A DNA stretch of 64,000 bases from Mobula hypostoma (Eukaryota). Shown one piece after another: positions 62,780-64,000 of this stretch. Both the position numbers and the translations under genes were made by a program. How positions within the stretch are numbered: position 1 is the stretch's first letter; the number at the start of each line of letters is the position of its first letter. The notes beneath the pieces are model-generated. The model saw only the letters and a list, made by a program, of their open reading frames with translations. It made no database searches and was not told the origin of the DNA. The DNA lies in contig NC_086108.1 of assembly GCF_963921235.1 (NCBI RefSeq), forward strand, positions 82,586,001-82,650,000, in the 5' to 3' direction.

Positions 62780-63122
62780 CATCATCTTGTGCCATGTCAT
62801 TATGACATAGGCGTATAACCATGATTGTTTTTGGCCAGATTTTCTACTGGGCAGTGCCTTTACAAGATGGGTGGCTCCAGCCATTAACAATACTCTTCAG
62901 AGACTGTCTGCTTGGCGTCAGTGGTCACATAACCAGGACTTATGATATGCACCAGCTGCTCATATGACCATCCACCACCTGCTCCCATGGGGTTATGTGA
63001 CCCTGAACGTGGTGAGGCAGGGAGCAAGTACCATACTTTGCTCAAGGGTGACCAGCAGGCTAGTGGATGGAAGGAACACCTTACTCCTCCTTTGGTAGAG
63101 ACAGATCTCCACCCAGCCATGT
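62780..63122 (-). mobile_element. Second copy of the RTE-derived element at 1491-1863
   Basis: Shares catgggagcaggtggtggatggtcatatgagca and gaagagtattg.taatggctgg with the 1491 copy. Confidence 0.8.
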
Positions 63123-63774
63123 AGTTTTAAAAACCAGTTTGTATTGTTAATGTTTAAATTCAAATAACTTAAAAAAAAATGAATGAATCCCAAAAAGTGA
63201 AACTATTTACCTGAATTGCAACTACTATTCTTTTCAAGCATCATTTTTTTTGTGATTGAGAGTAATGACTTAAGTCTCAACTACATGGTTGAACTGCTGT
63301 CAAGGGTTAAGTTAATTGGAGGTTGAAATGAAAACTTAATAAAGCCTGGTGACAAGGACTTTTTCATTGGACAGGTATAATTTATGATTTGGGGGAGATA
63401 ACTATTGTGTTATATAAAGAGGTAGTATGAAGTTATGCAAATATCATGATTGATAAGTTGCTTACCCACTTTTTCAGGTTCAGTTGAGTGTAAACAAATT
63501 AAAGTCAGTGAACAATTTAAAAAGACTTCAGAATGTCTAATGGCCATTGAAGATTTAAATCGGTGCTTGAATTCATTCAAAGTCACGACATGTTTGATTT
63601 TGTAGATTGATTATATTGCTACTCATTGTTGCTGTACTTTCTAAGCAATAACAAAGCTGATATCAGCTGTAGAGTGTCACAATTTTATTCATAAGAATAT
63701 CTTGCAAAAGTATTGAAATTTATATAAAATGCAATTCTCAATAATTAGACTATGTGGAGAGAAGAACATTTTTT

Positions 63775-63878
63775 AAGCGATGAACAAACTGCTGGAAGGA
63801 CTCAGCAGGCCAAGTAGCAATTGTAAAAACAGATGGAAGATTGACACTTCAGGTTGAAAACCTGCATCATGACTGAGA
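63775..63878 (-). mobile_element. Solo Penelope-like terminal repeat fragment
   Basis: gctggaaggactcagcaggccaagtagca matches the pLTR family. Confidence 0.5.
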
Positions 63879-64000
63879 GATTAGAGAGGTGATAGCCAGT
63901 GTAAAGGTGATGGGATGCGGACTGGCAAGCACTAAGTAGAAGTTCTGTTGAATATAGCGTCATCAACCATAATTACTATTGAAAAAATTGCTGGCTGAGC

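Overview
Vertebrate nuclear DNA, AT-rich and dense in repeats. The repeat mix (CR1, Rex-Babar-like and RTE-derived retroposons, V-SINEs, Penelope-like elements) points to a cartilaginous fish, probably a ray (inference). The only host gene I can support is the paired-like K50 homeobox gene dmbx1 on the minus strand. It has four coding exons (31756-31603, 22399-22221, 20426-20072, 15967-15561; 1095 nt, 364 aa) with GT-AG introns in phases 1/0/1. Its 5'UTR exon(s) and promoter were not located. Most other long ORFs are retroelement reverse-transcriptase or endonuclease fragments, or their antisense shadows. The most notable observations are: (1) a conserved five-codon 'GCAFQ' extension of exon 2 preceded by CG instead of AG; (2) a CpG-rich domain over the 3' half of the gene; (3) a tRNA/CORE SINE sharing its 3' module with a head-less RTE-derived element; (4) a young Harbinger-like MITE with perfect 28-bp inverted ends; (5) palindromic Penelope termini with decayed hammerhead-ribozyme cores; (6) several candidate enhancers. 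I found no convincing wholly new protein-coding system.
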